Of a stretch of DNA of 64,000 nt, positions 20,341-30,624 are shown in pieces. Both the position numbers and the translations under genes were made by a program. The DNA comes from an uncultured bacterium (GTDB lineage Bacteria; Bacillota_I; Bacilli_A; RFN20; CAG-826): contig CASFSS010000014.1 of the NCBI GenBank assembly GCA_949297445.1, positions 6,819-70,818 on the forward strand, given 5' to 3'. Each line of letters begins with the position of its first letter. Within the stretch, counting starts at the first letter, position 1. Under the pieces are notes generated by a model that saw only the letters and a list, made by a program, of their open reading frames with translations, ran no database searches and had not been told where the DNA came from.

Positions 20341-22911
20341 ATGAAAACATTCTTCGCTCGTCTATCGTTAATTGCAACTGTTGGTTGTCTTGCTTTGGCA
20401 AGTGCTCCTATTTCAAAAAGTGTCGATTATGTTCAAGCCGCATTATCGTATGAGGGGGATTTTGTTTTGGGAGCAAAGGTTGATTTTTTGGCCAATTCCG
20501 ATGAACAATCAACCGATTATGTCAGTGTAAATTTGTCTGATACAACAAATAACGGAACAAATTTCTTTGTAAGATTAAAAAATTTAACGAGCGAAGATGT
20601 TGATTTGCATCTTGTCGTAGAGAGTGTTAATGGCCATGGTTCCACAATTAAAGCTAATGGCCGATACACTCTCTATGATGAAACCGGTGAGATTCCCCAA
20701 TCTTATACTTCAATCAGTGGAGAATTCTTTACGCTTCCAAAAAATTTCAATGGCTATTTTTCGATTACAAATTATAATTTAGCGAGTCAAGAAGGTTGGT
20801 CTGGCAACGAAGGAAGTGAAAAAGATATTAAAAACTTGCGTGCTCTCCATTTTGGCGTGTGTGGCGGTTTATATGCTGGGGTAAGCATAGGAATTGGTGA
20901 TATTTTTACGACCGACATTATGAATTTGGATGTTTCTAGTTTAGACGAAGAAGTTTTTCTAAGCACATTTGCGCCAATGAATGATTCGCCATATGTAGAA
21001 ATTACTCGTTTACCGGAAACGGATTTTGATGCGAATCATGATATGGATGGTGGTGTGTTAGCTACCGTTCAATATATGAGCGAAGACATTTCAAGCTATT
21101 GGCTAATCCATCCAAAAGATAATAATTTATCTTCGACAGGTATTTATTTTAGATTGCAAAATGGGTGGGCGTATGGTTACTGGATTCAATTTTATATATT
21201 GGATGGTAACGGCCATCGCATGATGTTAGGTTTAAAACAAAATATTTATCAATATGATAGCCAAGGAAAAAATAAAGAAATTAAAACCAGCAGGGAATTT
21301 GGCTCATATTTTTATATCGATGGATTATTTGACGGCTTTATTTTTATTCCTTATGCTTCTTTGGTTGACGATTCTACTTGGTCTGGCAATCAAAGCGCCC
21401 CGACCATGGATTATACAAATGTATATTCATTAATATTTGGACTATCAACAAAATATGATTATTCGGCGCAAACAATGTTTGGCGATATATTTACAGATAA
21501 CACAACTGTTTTTGATGGAAGTGAAGTCGGTCTAGACGAAATTGATACATATTTTGAAGCTGATGTTTATGGAAATGGCAATTACATAAATTTATCGCGT
21601 TTAAAAGGATATAAAGAAGAAACATTTTTGGATTATAGCAATGTCAAAAATTATCGTGAAACGACGATAACTGGCGGCGTAAAATTTAATGTAACGCAAG
21701 GGGAGGAAGATGTATTGCCCTCCTTTATCATTGATTACGATTTTGATTTTCAAAATCAAATTGCCATTGCCATAAGGCTTAAAAACTATTCTTATGACTA
21801 TCCATATAAAATTGTTGTTAAAGACGATAGTGGCAGACAATGTTCGCTAGAAGGTAAAATACTTGGCAACGTTTATTATTTGGATTTAAACGGTAAGTGC
21901 GTCGCCAACGATTGGGGAGGTAATCCAATTTTTGCCAAAATACCGATTGGCTTTGATGGTTTAATGATTATTCCATTTGCCTCGTTAGGCGGTGGGACAC
22001 ATTTAAACTTATCAAAACTGACCAGTTTAGAGTTTTTCGTCAGCTCAAAGTATGATTATGGCTTCGATGTGGCATTTGGGGAAATTGGCGGCATAGATAA
22101 AAATCTTACATTTAATTCTCTATTATCTCCTAATGATTTGACCGACGAAGAGTGGAAAAACATTTATAAATTAAACGAATACGCAGAACTTGGTCATATT
22201 ACAAGAGTAGAAGAAGAGGCGCTTTGTCCAATGATTGGTGACACCAAAATTTTAAATTCATTAATTTATGATAGCGACGAAGAGATGGCTAACGAGTTAT
22301 TGACCGATGACGCCGATAATCCGCTCACTTACGAGCGAAGTCCGGATGGTTTACTCATTACTCCCGGCGAGTATGAAGTAGGACATGCGAACGGGCCGTA
22401 CTCTTGTTTGGTTTTATTGAATAATTCTAAATATGCCGACAGGACTACAATGCAATTGAGCGATGGTACGCTCGCAAAAGGATTGACATTATATGTTAAA
22501 AATCTTTCCTCGAGAGAAATTGGTATCTCACTAGGTTTTGATCAAATTTTAGAAGACAATAAAATTCAGCGTTGGACTTTGATTGGATATCCATCAATGT
22601 ATTATGGTTACGATATAAATGTTGATGCAGAATACACTTTTTATTGCAAGCGTGACCAATTTCAAATTCCAGTCGGCTTTGAAGGATATATTCGGATTCC
22701 CTTTTCTTCTTATGGCGTGCCAGATTGGTCGAGTACCAATCAGCCTTTAGATATAACTTCTTTAAGTGGCAATTTATATTTGTCACAAGATAATCGTAGT
22801 TATGCTGGATTACAGTATTTAGTGAAAAATGTTGGTGTTTATTTTAAAACGACAGCGGCCGCTAGTTTGTTTAATGAGGAAAACACCATTAAATCAAACA
22901 TGGGTTTATAA
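20341..22911 (+). CDS. Secreted protein with four CBM-like repeats
   Basis: RBS GGAGGT, signal peptide, four copies of the same repeat (FNGYF, FDGFIFIPY, FDGLMIIPF, FEGYIRIPF); no C-terminal TM. Confidence 0.8.
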   Translation: MKTFFARLSLIATVGCLALASAPISKSVDYVQAALSYEGDFVLGAKVDFLANSDEQSTDYVSVNLSDTTNNGTNFFVRLKNLTSEDVDLHLVVESVNGHGSTIKANGRYTLYDETGEIPQSYTSISGEFFTLPKNFNGYFSITNYNLASQEGWSGNEGSEKDIKNLRALHFGVCGGLYAGVSIGIGDIFTTDIMNLDVSSLDEEVFLSTFAPMNDSPYVEITRLPETDFDANHDMDGGVLATVQYMSEDISSYWLIHPKDNNLSSTGIYFRLQNGWAYGYWIQFYILDGNGHRMMLGLKQNIYQYDSQGKNKEIKTSREFGSYFYIDGLFDGFIFIPYASLVDDSTWSGNQSAPTMDYTNVYSLIFGLSTKYDYSAQTMFGDIFTDNTTVFDGSEVGLDEIDTYFEADVYGNGNYINLSRLKGYKEETFLDYSNVKNYRETTITGGVKFNVTQGEEDVLPSFIIDYDFDFQNQIAIAIRLKNYSYDYPYKIVVKDDSGRQCSLEGKILGNVYYLDLNGKCVANDWGGNPIFAKIPIGFDGLMIIPFASLGGGTHLNLSKLTSLEFFVSSKYDYGFDVAFGEIGGIDKNLTFNSLLSPNDLTDEEWKNIYKLNEYAELGHITRVEEEALCPMIGDTKILNSLIYDSDEEMANELLTDDADNPLTYERSPDGLLITPGEYEVGHANGPYSCLVLLNNSKYADRTTMQLSDGTLAKGLTLYVKNLSSREIGISLGFDQILEDNKIQRWTLIGYPSMYYGYDINVDAEYTFYCKRDQFQIPVGFEGYIRIPFSSYGVPDWSSTNQPLDITSLSGNLYLSQDNRSYAGLQYLVKNVGVYFKTTAAASLFNEENTIKSNMGL

Positions 22912-22921
22912 GGAGGGCATT

Positions 22922-24022
22922 ATGAAAAAGCATCGAATCGTCTCACTTTATATTCTTGCTACTTTGATGGTTCTATCGACGAGTTGCCAAGGATCACAAT
23001 TAAAAACTCCTAGTGGTATCAATCCAATTTGGATTGATGAGGTCGGATATTTATCGAAAGCAGCGACAGTAATTCAAGAAGATAATGCCCGTTACGTTAT
23101 TTATGAGACAAATGAAAAAATCAACGATGAAACAATTTCCTTTGCACTTAAAATTGGTCATTACGAAAATGATGCCTGGGAATATTCGGATCGCCAAATT
23201 ATTTTAAAAGGTAGCGACTCTTCTTGGGATAAATATATTTTTTCACCTAGCGTCATTAAAGGCGAGTTTAAAAAAGGCGCCGAAACATATAATTATTTGT
23301 TGGCCTATGGTGGCAGAAAAACTTTAAATGACATAGCTAACCAAATCGGAATTGCCTATGCCAAAGAATTAACTGGGCCTTGGATTAAACATCCTGAACC
23401 ATTAATAAAATATGATGCCGGTATTTATGGGGATGAATATGGTGCTGGTGCGCCTAGCTTAGTTAGTTACGACAAAAAAGGAAAGGTAAGAATTTTTTAT
23501 AGTTATGCCGAAACCAATTTGGCCAACGAGCGAGTTCTTGACGCCGATTTATCTGACTTAAATAACATCATTTTGGATAAAGGTACAAGACAAATCTCGG
23601 TCGATGGGTTGAGGGATAATGCCGATATGACCATTTTAGCTAATGCGGATTTTGCTTTAGATGAAAACGATACTCTTTACGTTGTTCGAGATGTATATCC
23701 TTTATCTAGCAATATTCCAGGCAACGCGACAAGTTTACAAGTCGCTAAAGCAAACGTGAAGATTCTTAACGATTTTGTCAATTACTCTTGGGAAGTTATT
23801 GAGACATTTAATTCATCGAATACGATTGATTTTGATGATCCGGAATCTATGGGCTGGGATGAAATATATTCGGCGGCCTTTGTTCGAGATTCATATGGAT
23901 ACATCAGTTCAACTCAAGACAAATTAGAGTATATTTATTCAACGAGCGATGAACCAGAAGATATAAGCGATGAAACATATAAATTTTCACCTTTTTTAGC
24001 GATAAGGAGCACTAATTTTTGA
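22922..24022 (+). CDS. Lipoprotein, beta-propeller glycoside-hydrolase-like (degenerate motifs)
   Basis: RBS AGGAGG, lipobox LSTSC, SPSVIKGEF..YNYLLAYGG, NQIGIAYAKELTGPWIKH; paralog of 24019 and 26693. Confidence 0.75.
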   Translation: MKKHRIVSLYILATLMVLSTSCQGSQLKTPSGINPIWIDEVGYLSKAATVIQEDNARYVIYETNEKINDETISFALKIGHYENDAWEYSDRQIILKGSDSSWDKYIFSPSVIKGEFKKGAETYNYLLAYGGRKTLNDIANQIGIAYAKELTGPWIKHPEPLIKYDAGIYGDEYGAGAPSLVSYDKKGKVRIFYSYAETNLANERVLDADLSDLNNIILDKGTRQISVDGLRDNADMTILANADFALDENDTLYVVRDVYPLSSNIPGNATSLQVAKANVKILNDFVNYSWEVIETFNSSNTIDFDDPESMGWDEIYSAAFVRDSYGYISSTQDKLEYIYSTSDEPEDISDETYKFSPFLAIRSTNF

Positions 24023-26706
24023 TGACGTTTTTGCCTCTTTCGTTAATGATTTTAATGGGTATTAGTATGATGCCATCATCTTTCTTCAATTCTAATAATT
24101 TAGATAGGCTTGCGGAAACTTCTTCTATTAGCGAAGCGACGCTTTTGTTTGATTATGAAGTTGATGGCGATAAAAGATTTTATAATTATTGCCCAAGTAT
24201 TTTCGAAGAAAATGGTGTTCGCTATATTTATTATTGTACGAACAAAGAAGCCGGCAATGTTACCGATTATATAGGTTATCGCGAAGGCACATTTGACGGA
24301 AAGAAGTGGGTTTATTCCGACTTGCAAATTGTCCTATCTCCCGAAAGCGGCATGTGGGATCAAAGACACGTTTGTGATCCGAGCGTTATAAAAGGTCAAT
24401 TTACTTATAATGGACAAACATATAACTATTTGATGAACTATCTCGCTTCAAGCCAAGACGATTCTATGGGCAATGGAACCGGTTTTGCCGTAGCGACTTC
24501 TCCAAGTGGCCCGTGGATTAAATGCTACGATATCAATCCGTTTATTCCTTTTGATTCAGCGACAGATGTTTGGGGAAATGGCCAAACTTCTATGATAAAT
24601 TTAGATGGATTAGGGCACGTTTTGTATTTTTATTCGTATGGCGGCAAAGATGGGACGTATGAAATAGTTAGAGAATATGATTTGTCTAATTTAAATGATG
24701 CTAAATTGATTAGAAGCACCAAATTATCATTAAACGGATTAATTAGTGGTGACATAACGATTAATGATGCAGAATTTGTGCTAGATAAAGAAAATGAAAA
24801 ATTATTGATGGTGAAGGCGAAACATCCATATGTCGATGACGATTTAACACCAACATTTATTTCTTCTTCGCTGATTTTGTATATGCTAGATTTAAGCGGC
24901 GGTGAAAATTTAATTGATAAAATTTTTAGCGCCGATAGTTCTACTAAATGGGAATATATCGGAGAAATTGATAGTTCGATATCCGGTTTTCCTCGTAATC
25001 ATAATCCTGGATTAGTAACCGATGCATTTGGATTTATTTTAACGGATAAAAAACTCGATGTAATATTTTCTACAAGTATTACGAACGATGATTTTTGGAC
25101 TTATTTATCTACTTATCGTCTATATCAAACATCTATTCCGTTATCTTATGGTAAATTTTCAATGAACCGATTGAATAGCGGAGCAAAAATTGCTTTGAAG
25201 CAATCGACAAATGTCGATGATCTTTCAACTATTCGTGTGAATTTAAGCAGCAGCTCAATCACTAATGGAGAAGGACTATATTTTCGATTTCGAAATTACA
25301 CGACCGTCGATACTCCGATTGACATGCTATTTGAAAATAGTAGTGGCTATAAAGTTAAGCCAACTCCAAATGCAGAAATAGTTACCTATGATGTTAATGG
25401 CGATAATAAAAAGACCATTAGTTTTCGTGAATTTGGTAATTATTTAATGCTTCCGGCAATGTTTGATGGATATATTTATATTCCTTTTTCATCACTAACG
25501 AGTCAAGAAGAAGGCGAAAGAGATTTGTCTTCAATTAGATATATATATCTAACCATTTCTAATTATTACGATTCTTTTGCTAGTTTTTCCCTTGGAGATA
25601 TTTTTTCTAATCACCTCACCAATGTTGATGTTTCATCTTTATCAATGATGAATTTTAATTCAACATTTTTAGTTACTAGCAATTCAAAGTTAGTAGAAAT
25701 AAATCGTCTTCCGACTACTGATTTTGATCCAGCTGGACACGATTTATTAGGAGGAATTAGAATGACGATGAATCGGGACGAAAATGTTGATCGTCCTGCC
25801 CAATGGATTTTAAAAAGCAGCAACGCTGATTTAGCGGGTGAAGGCCTTTATTTTCGCCTAAAAAACAATCATTTTAATCCATATTATTTAATATTTTATC
25901 TTCTAGATCAAACCAATCATCGAATGGCATTAGCCCTCAATGCACCAATATTCTATTACGATTGTAATGCGACTTTATTATACGAAGGACAAGCGCGTGA
26001 ATTTGGTTCATATTTTTATGTTCCCGGAAGTTTTGATGGTTTTATCTATATTCCTTATTCATCATTAACAAATGACGCGACTTGGAGTACTAACACGTAT
26101 ATGCACTATGATAAAATAGCGCATATTTATTTAGGCGCCTCATCGATGTATGACTATTTGCTCGATATAACTTTTGGTGACGTTTTTACGACGAATTCGT
26201 TTTTATATGATGGAAGCGAGTCGCGTTATGACGATTTTGCGTTACATGCAGAAAAGGTTTGGGAAGCCGATTATGTTAATATTGAATACGCTGAAGGATA
26301 TAAAAGCGAAGCAACATGTTATGGCGAAGACTTTTTGAGTGATACATATCCTTGTTATGAAAAAGCATCAATCGTTTGGAATGATTATAAAGTGAAATTT
26401 AATAATTTAAGCGAAAGCGCTAGAAACGAGTTAATAAGTGCGAGTTATGCTGGGAAATCATACGATGAATGCACAATTATTGAACAATGTGTTTGGCGTT
26501 ACGATTTAGCGGTAAAAAATCAAGGTTTAGAAGATTTTATGAATAGAAACATTTCTTTGTTATCGACGAATAGTGTTGCCTTGAACGAGTTTAATAGTTA
26601 TCTTGGTTTTATCGTTTTTGGCGCGATATTGTTGATTTCATGTATACCTTGTTCGGTTTATTTATATAGTAGAGGAAAGGAAAAAGAAAAAAATGAAGAA
26701 AATTAA
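24019..26706 (+). CDS. Modular surface enzyme: beta-propeller glycosidase-like domain + two CBM-like repeats + C-terminal anchor module
   Basis: YNYCPS, HVCDPSVIKG, FAVATSPSGPWIK, RNHNPG; two repeats from about 25165; anchor module, TM helix and basic tail. Confidence 0.8.
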   Translation: MMTFLPLSLMILMGISMMPSSFFNSNNLDRLAETSSISEATLLFDYEVDGDKRFYNYCPSIFEENGVRYIYYCTNKEAGNVTDYIGYREGTFDGKKWVYSDLQIVLSPESGMWDQRHVCDPSVIKGQFTYNGQTYNYLMNYLASSQDDSMGNGTGFAVATSPSGPWIKCYDINPFIPFDSATDVWGNGQTSMINLDGLGHVLYFYSYGGKDGTYEIVREYDLSNLNDAKLIRSTKLSLNGLISGDITINDAEFVLDKENEKLLMVKAKHPYVDDDLTPTFISSSLILYMLDLSGGENLIDKIFSADSSTKWEYIGEIDSSISGFPRNHNPGLVTDAFGFILTDKKLDVIFSTSITNDDFWTYLSTYRLYQTSIPLSYGKFSMNRLNSGAKIALKQSTNVDDLSTIRVNLSSSSITNGEGLYFRFRNYTTVDTPIDMLFENSSGYKVKPTPNAEIVTYDVNGDNKKTISFREFGNYLMLPAMFDGYIYIPFSSLTSQEEGERDLSSIRYIYLTISNYYDSFASFSLGDIFSNHLTNVDVSSLSMMNFNSTFLVTSNSKLVEINRLPTTDFDPAGHDLLGGIRMTMNRDENVDRPAQWILKSSNADLAGEGLYFRLKNNHFNPYYLIFYLLDQTNHRMALALNAPIFYYDCNATLLYEGQAREFGSYFYVPGSFDGFIYIPYSSLTNDATWSTNTYMHYDKIAHIYLGASSMYDYLLDITFGDVFTTNSFLYDGSESRYDDFALHAEKVWEADYVNIEYAEGYKSEATCYGEDFLSDTYPCYEKASIVWNDYKVKFNNLSESARNELISASYAGKSYDECTIIEQCVWRYDLAVKNQGLEDFMNRNISLLSTNSVALNEFNSYLGFIVFGAILLISCIPCSVYLYSRGKEKEKNEEN

Positions 26707-27823
26707 TAGAGGGTTTTGTTTTGTAACGGTCATTTTGTGTCTAACTTCTTGTTCGCCCATGGAAGCAAAGCCGTATTATGCGCCAACTGATCAAGTGATG
26801 AAATGGTTTGATCACGGGACATTTGGCGAATCAAGATTTTATAATTACTGCCCTTCTACCTTTATTGAGGATGGCAAGCGCTATGTTTATTATTGCACCA
26901 ATCGCGATGAAGGAAATATTACAGATTATGTAGGGTTTAGAAGCGCTCAATATAGCGAAGATACTGGATGGGATTGGTCAGACATGGAAATAGTTTTAGG
27001 ACCAACCGAGGGAACATTTGACCAAAGGCATACATGCGATCCTAGTGTGACCAAAGGTAAATTTATTTATAATGATGAAACATATAATTATTTGATGGCA
27101 TATTTAGGCTCGATTCAAAGTGATAATAACGGAAATGAAATAGGTATAGCGGTTTCAAAAACTCCAGAAGGGCCGTGGATTAAATGCGATGAAATCAATC
27201 CGTTAATTCCTTATGACCGCGAAAACGCTATTTGGGGAACTGGTCAAGCATCGCTTGTTAATATCGATGGTGAAGGCGATATTTTAATGTTTTATTCAGT
27301 AGGCAATAAGGACGGAACTTATGAAGAAGTTCGAGAATATGATCTCTCTAATTTAAATGAACCTGTTTTGCTTCAGCACGCAAAGGTTCCTACCAATGGT
27401 TTGCAAAGCGGCGATACTTTAATCTGCGACGCCGATGTTTGTTATGATGTTGCCAACAAAAAGATGCTTTTGGTAAAGGGAAAAATACCATATTCACCAG
27501 ACGGTAATTCGCCGGCTTTTATTGCTGATAAACTTATAGTTTATTATATGGATTTAAGCAATTCTAGCAAACCGACAGATGAACTTTTTAAAGGCAATAA
27601 TGCTAGCAATTGGCGACTTCTTGGCGAAATAGGTTACGAACAAACAGGTTTTATGCGAAATCATAATGCCGGTTTATTGACAGATCCGTATGGTCATTTG
27701 CTTGAAAATACAGATTTTATTGAAGTTGCATTGACGCGTAGCGATATCGCTAATAGTGAATGGAACTGGCTTTCCACTTATCGAATATATAGTCTTTCGT
27801 TGCCATTAACATACATGGATTAA
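26693..27823 (+). CDS. Lipoprotein, five-bladed beta-propeller glycoside-hydrolase-like (GH43/GH32-like fold)
   Basis: Lipobox LTSC, YNYCPS, HTCDPSVTKG, NEIGIAVSKTPEGPWIK, RNHNAG. Confidence 0.78.
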   Translation: MKKINRGFCFVTVILCLTSCSPMEAKPYYAPTDQVMKWFDHGTFGESRFYNYCPSTFIEDGKRYVYYCTNRDEGNITDYVGFRSAQYSEDTGWDWSDMEIVLGPTEGTFDQRHTCDPSVTKGKFIYNDETYNYLMAYLGSIQSDNNGNEIGIAVSKTPEGPWIKCDEINPLIPYDRENAIWGTGQASLVNIDGEGDILMFYSVGNKDGTYEEVREYDLSNLNEPVLLQHAKVPTNGLQSGDTLICDADVCYDVANKKMLLVKGKIPYSPDGNSPAFIADKLIVYYMDLSNSSKPTDELFKGNNASNWRLLGEIGYEQTGFMRNHNAGLLTDPYGHLLENTDFIEVALTRSDIANSEWNWLSTYRIYSLSLPLTYMD

Positions 27824-27825
27824 TT

Positions 27826-28542
27826 ATGGGAAAGAGTTTTGAAAAAAGAACAAAATCAAAATGGTATTGGTCATTGAAAATAATGGCTGATTTAGTGATT
27901 GTTAATTTTATATTTACGATAATATCGATACTCTCACTATTTGTTTTATTTTTTCCCGGCATTATTTCTCTTACAACCACAGTTAATAAAATATTAAATG
28001 GCGAATATTATAATCCATTTACTACTTTTTTTGAACAAATTAAAGAACAATGGTCTTTTATGTGGCGACTTGAAGTTTTGGGCATGTCAATCATATTAAT
28101 TTTTGCCTTAGTTGCCTATGGATATTATGCTTACATCGTCAATTTTGGATACGATTGGATAATTTGGTTGGCCATTATTATTGTGGCTGTTACCGCACTA
28201 GTGTTCATTGTCTTATTCTTGCATTTAGTAATTTTCAATGAGTATTTTAAAAATGATACATTTTTTATGATGATTAGAAAGGCAGGAGTCATTGCTAGGA
28301 AAAAAGCGTGGCTTTCCTTTTTGATGATTTTATTTTTGCTAGCTTTTGCCGTCGTTTTCTTTCTTTTGCCCTTTTTAATTCCGTTTATTCCCTTTTCAAC
28401 ATTGGCCTTGATAAATTTATCTATTTCGAAAAAAACATACACTCAATTAGCGCTCGAAGAGCAAAAGCGGGAAATTTTAGAAGGCAACTTGTTTATGCCG
28501 GTTGTTTACGAAGATAAGTCCACTAAGCGAAAGGAGGACTAG
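27826..28542 (+). CDS. YesL/DUF624-like membrane protein
   Basis: Multi-TM, ADLVIVNFIF...FPGI..L pattern typical of carbohydrate ABC-associated DUF624. Confidence 0.7.
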   Translation: MGKSFEKRTKSKWYWSLKIMADLVIVNFIFTIISILSLFVLFFPGIISLTTTVNKILNGEYYNPFTTFFEQIKEQWSFMWRLEVLGMSIILIFALVAYGYYAYIVNFGYDWIIWLAIIIVAVTALVFIVLFLHLVIFNEYFKNDTFFMMIRKAGVIARKKAWLSFLMILFLLAFAVVFFLLPFLIPFIPFSTLALINLSISKKTYTQLALEEQKREILEGNLFMPVVYEDKSTKRKED

Positions 28543-28546
28543 CGTT

Positions 28547-29440
28547 ATGAAAAAAATTGCAGTTATCGGAAGCATAAATGTTGATACAACAATATATGTT
28601 AGTGCTTTTCCTAAGCCCGGTGAAACGACCACAAGCATTCGTAAAGAAACTGTTGTTGGAGGTAAAGGCTTTAATCAAGCTGTCGCCATCAAAAAAAGTG
28701 GCGTTGATGTCGATTTCTTTTGTACAATTGGCGATGATTATTTTGCTAATTTAGTTATTGATGCAATTGATGACAATAAAATTGCTTCGCATATTGATCA
28801 TAGCGACGTCAATACTGGTTCAGCTTTTATTACAATTGATAAAACCGGGCAAAATACGATTGTTTTAGATGGTGGTGCTAATAATAATTTTCAACCTTCC
28901 TATTTAAATGATGATTCTATTTTGGACAAATACGATATCATTTTATTAGAAAACGAAATCCCTCAAATAGTTAATGAAAGAATTATTAAAAAGTATGGTT
29001 CATCAAAGGTAATTATTTATAATCCGGCGCCAAGCAGGAAGGTTTCGAAAGAAATATTAAAAAAGGTCAATTATTTAATTACAAACGAAATTGAAATTCA
29101 GGATATTACGCACACCGATGATTTGACAACCGCTTTTAATGTCGTGAAAGATTTACATATTCCAAATGTGGTGGTTACCTTAGGCAATAAAGGAGCGATG
29201 TATCTTGGCGAGAATCTTTCTCTTTTTGTCCCGGCATATCGCGTTGAGGCAATCGATGCGGTGGCCGCCGGTGACACGTTTATTGGCTATTTCGTTTTTG
29301 GTTTAGTCAACGATTTAGAAATAAAAGAATGTTTAAAAATTGCCAATGCTGCCGGAGCAATATCTGTAACGAAGAAAGGTGCCAGTTCTTCAATTCCTAC
29401 ATTAAAAGAAGTAAAAAACTTTTTGAATAGTCTCCTTTAA
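28547..29440 (+). CDS. rbsK: Ribokinase
   Basis: GSINVD, PKPGET, GGKGFNQAVA, NPAP, NEIE, DAVAAGDTFIG, GASSSIP. Confidence 0.92.
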   Translation: MKKIAVIGSINVDTTIYVSAFPKPGETTTSIRKETVVGGKGFNQAVAIKKSGVDVDFFCTIGDDYFANLVIDAIDDNKIASHIDHSDVNTGSAFITIDKTGQNTIVLDGGANNNFQPSYLNDDSILDKYDIILLENEIPQIVNERIIKKYGSSKVIIYNPAPSRKVSKEILKKVNYLITNEIEIQDITHTDDLTTAFNVVKDLHIPNVVVTLGNKGAMYLGENLSLFVPAYRVEAIDAVAAGDTFIGYFVFGLVNDLEIKECLKIANAAGAISVTKKGASSSIPTLKEVKNFLNSLL

Positions 29441-29528
29441 TGGCACTTTTTAGAATTTCTTTGCTGATTTTCTATGTTTCTTTTAGTCGCTAGTTGCAAT
29501 TTGAAGATTTTAATTAGAAAATTTTATT

Positions 29529-30563
29529 ATGGAAAAGTTAAAAGTTAATATGTACGCAGGTGGCCTAAATATCGAAGGTCAAGGGGTAGGTGCCAATTTT
29601 TTTGAGCAAGTAGATTTGGTTAAAAAGATTGATAGTTTAGACATAACTATCAACGGAAAAAATCCTAAAAAATATGATATCAACCATTTTCATACTGTGA
29701 ATCCATCTTTTTATTTCAAATTTAGAAAACGAAAAATAAATGTTTGTTATGTTCATTTTATCCCTGATAAGGATGACGGAAGTTTAAAAATGCCAAAATG
29801 GATGTTCGGTCCCTACAAATGGTATGTTTTAAAATTCTATAAAAAGGCTGATGAGGTAATCGTTGTCAATCCTTATTATATAAAAGATTTAGAAAAGATT
29901 GGCATTCCTAAAGATAAGATTACTTATATTCCAAATTTTGTAAGTGCCGAGAAGTTTCATCCGCTTCCTAAAGAAGATATAGATAAAATTAAAGAAGAAT
30001 TTTTAATTCCCAAAGACAAATTTGTCGTCTTAGGCGTTGGCCAAACACAGACGAGAAAAGGCGTTATTGATTTCGCTAAAGTTGCCGAAGAAAATCCTGA
30101 TATTTATTTTGTTTGGGCAGGTGGTTTCTCGTTTGGAAAAATCACTTCTGGTTATGAAGAAATTAAAAAGATTATGGACAATCCGCCGGCAAATTTAAAA
30201 TTTCTAGGAATTGTTCCTCGCGCTCGCATGAATGAAATTTTTAATGTTGCCGATATGTTATTTTTGCCATCTTATCAAGAACTATTTCCGATGACATTGT
30301 TAGAATGTATTAATGTAGAAAAACCATTTTTGGTTCGTGATTTAGATTTATATAAAGATATTTTCCTATCGCCATATTTAGTTGGCCATAGTAATGAGGA
30401 ATTTTCTAAATTAATTAATAGAATTAAAGACGATAAGACATTTAATGAGACAGTGAAAAAATATTCGATTGATATAAGGGATTTTTATAGTGAAGGTCAC
30501 GTAAAACAGCTTTGGGAAGAATATTATTATCGTATTTATAATAAGTATTCTCATAAACATTAA
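29529..30563 (+). CDS. Glycosyltransferase family 4 (CpoA-like glycolipid glycosyltransferase)
   Basis: GQGVGA, YIPNFVS, GQTQTRKGV.DF, WAGGFSFGKITSGY, LPSYQELFPMTLLE. Confidence 0.88.
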   Translation: MEKLKVNMYAGGLNIEGQGVGANFFEQVDLVKKIDSLDITINGKNPKKYDINHFHTVNPSFYFKFRKRKINVCYVHFIPDKDDGSLKMPKWMFGPYKWYVLKFYKKADEVIVVNPYYIKDLEKIGIPKDKITYIPNFVSAEKFHPLPKEDIDKIKEEFLIPKDKFVVLGVGQTQTRKGVIDFAKVAEENPDIYFVWAGGFSFGKITSGYEEIKKIMDNPPANLKFLGIVPRARMNEIFNVADMLFLPSYQELFPMTLLECINVEKPFLVRDLDLYKDIFLSPYLVGHSNEEFSKLINRIKDDKTFNETVKKYSIDIRDFYSEGHVKQLWEEYYYRIYNKYSHKH

Positions 30564-30624
30564 AAATTACTTTTATTAATAAAATATATTAAAATGTATT
30601 TTACTTACTAACAGGGATTTATTT

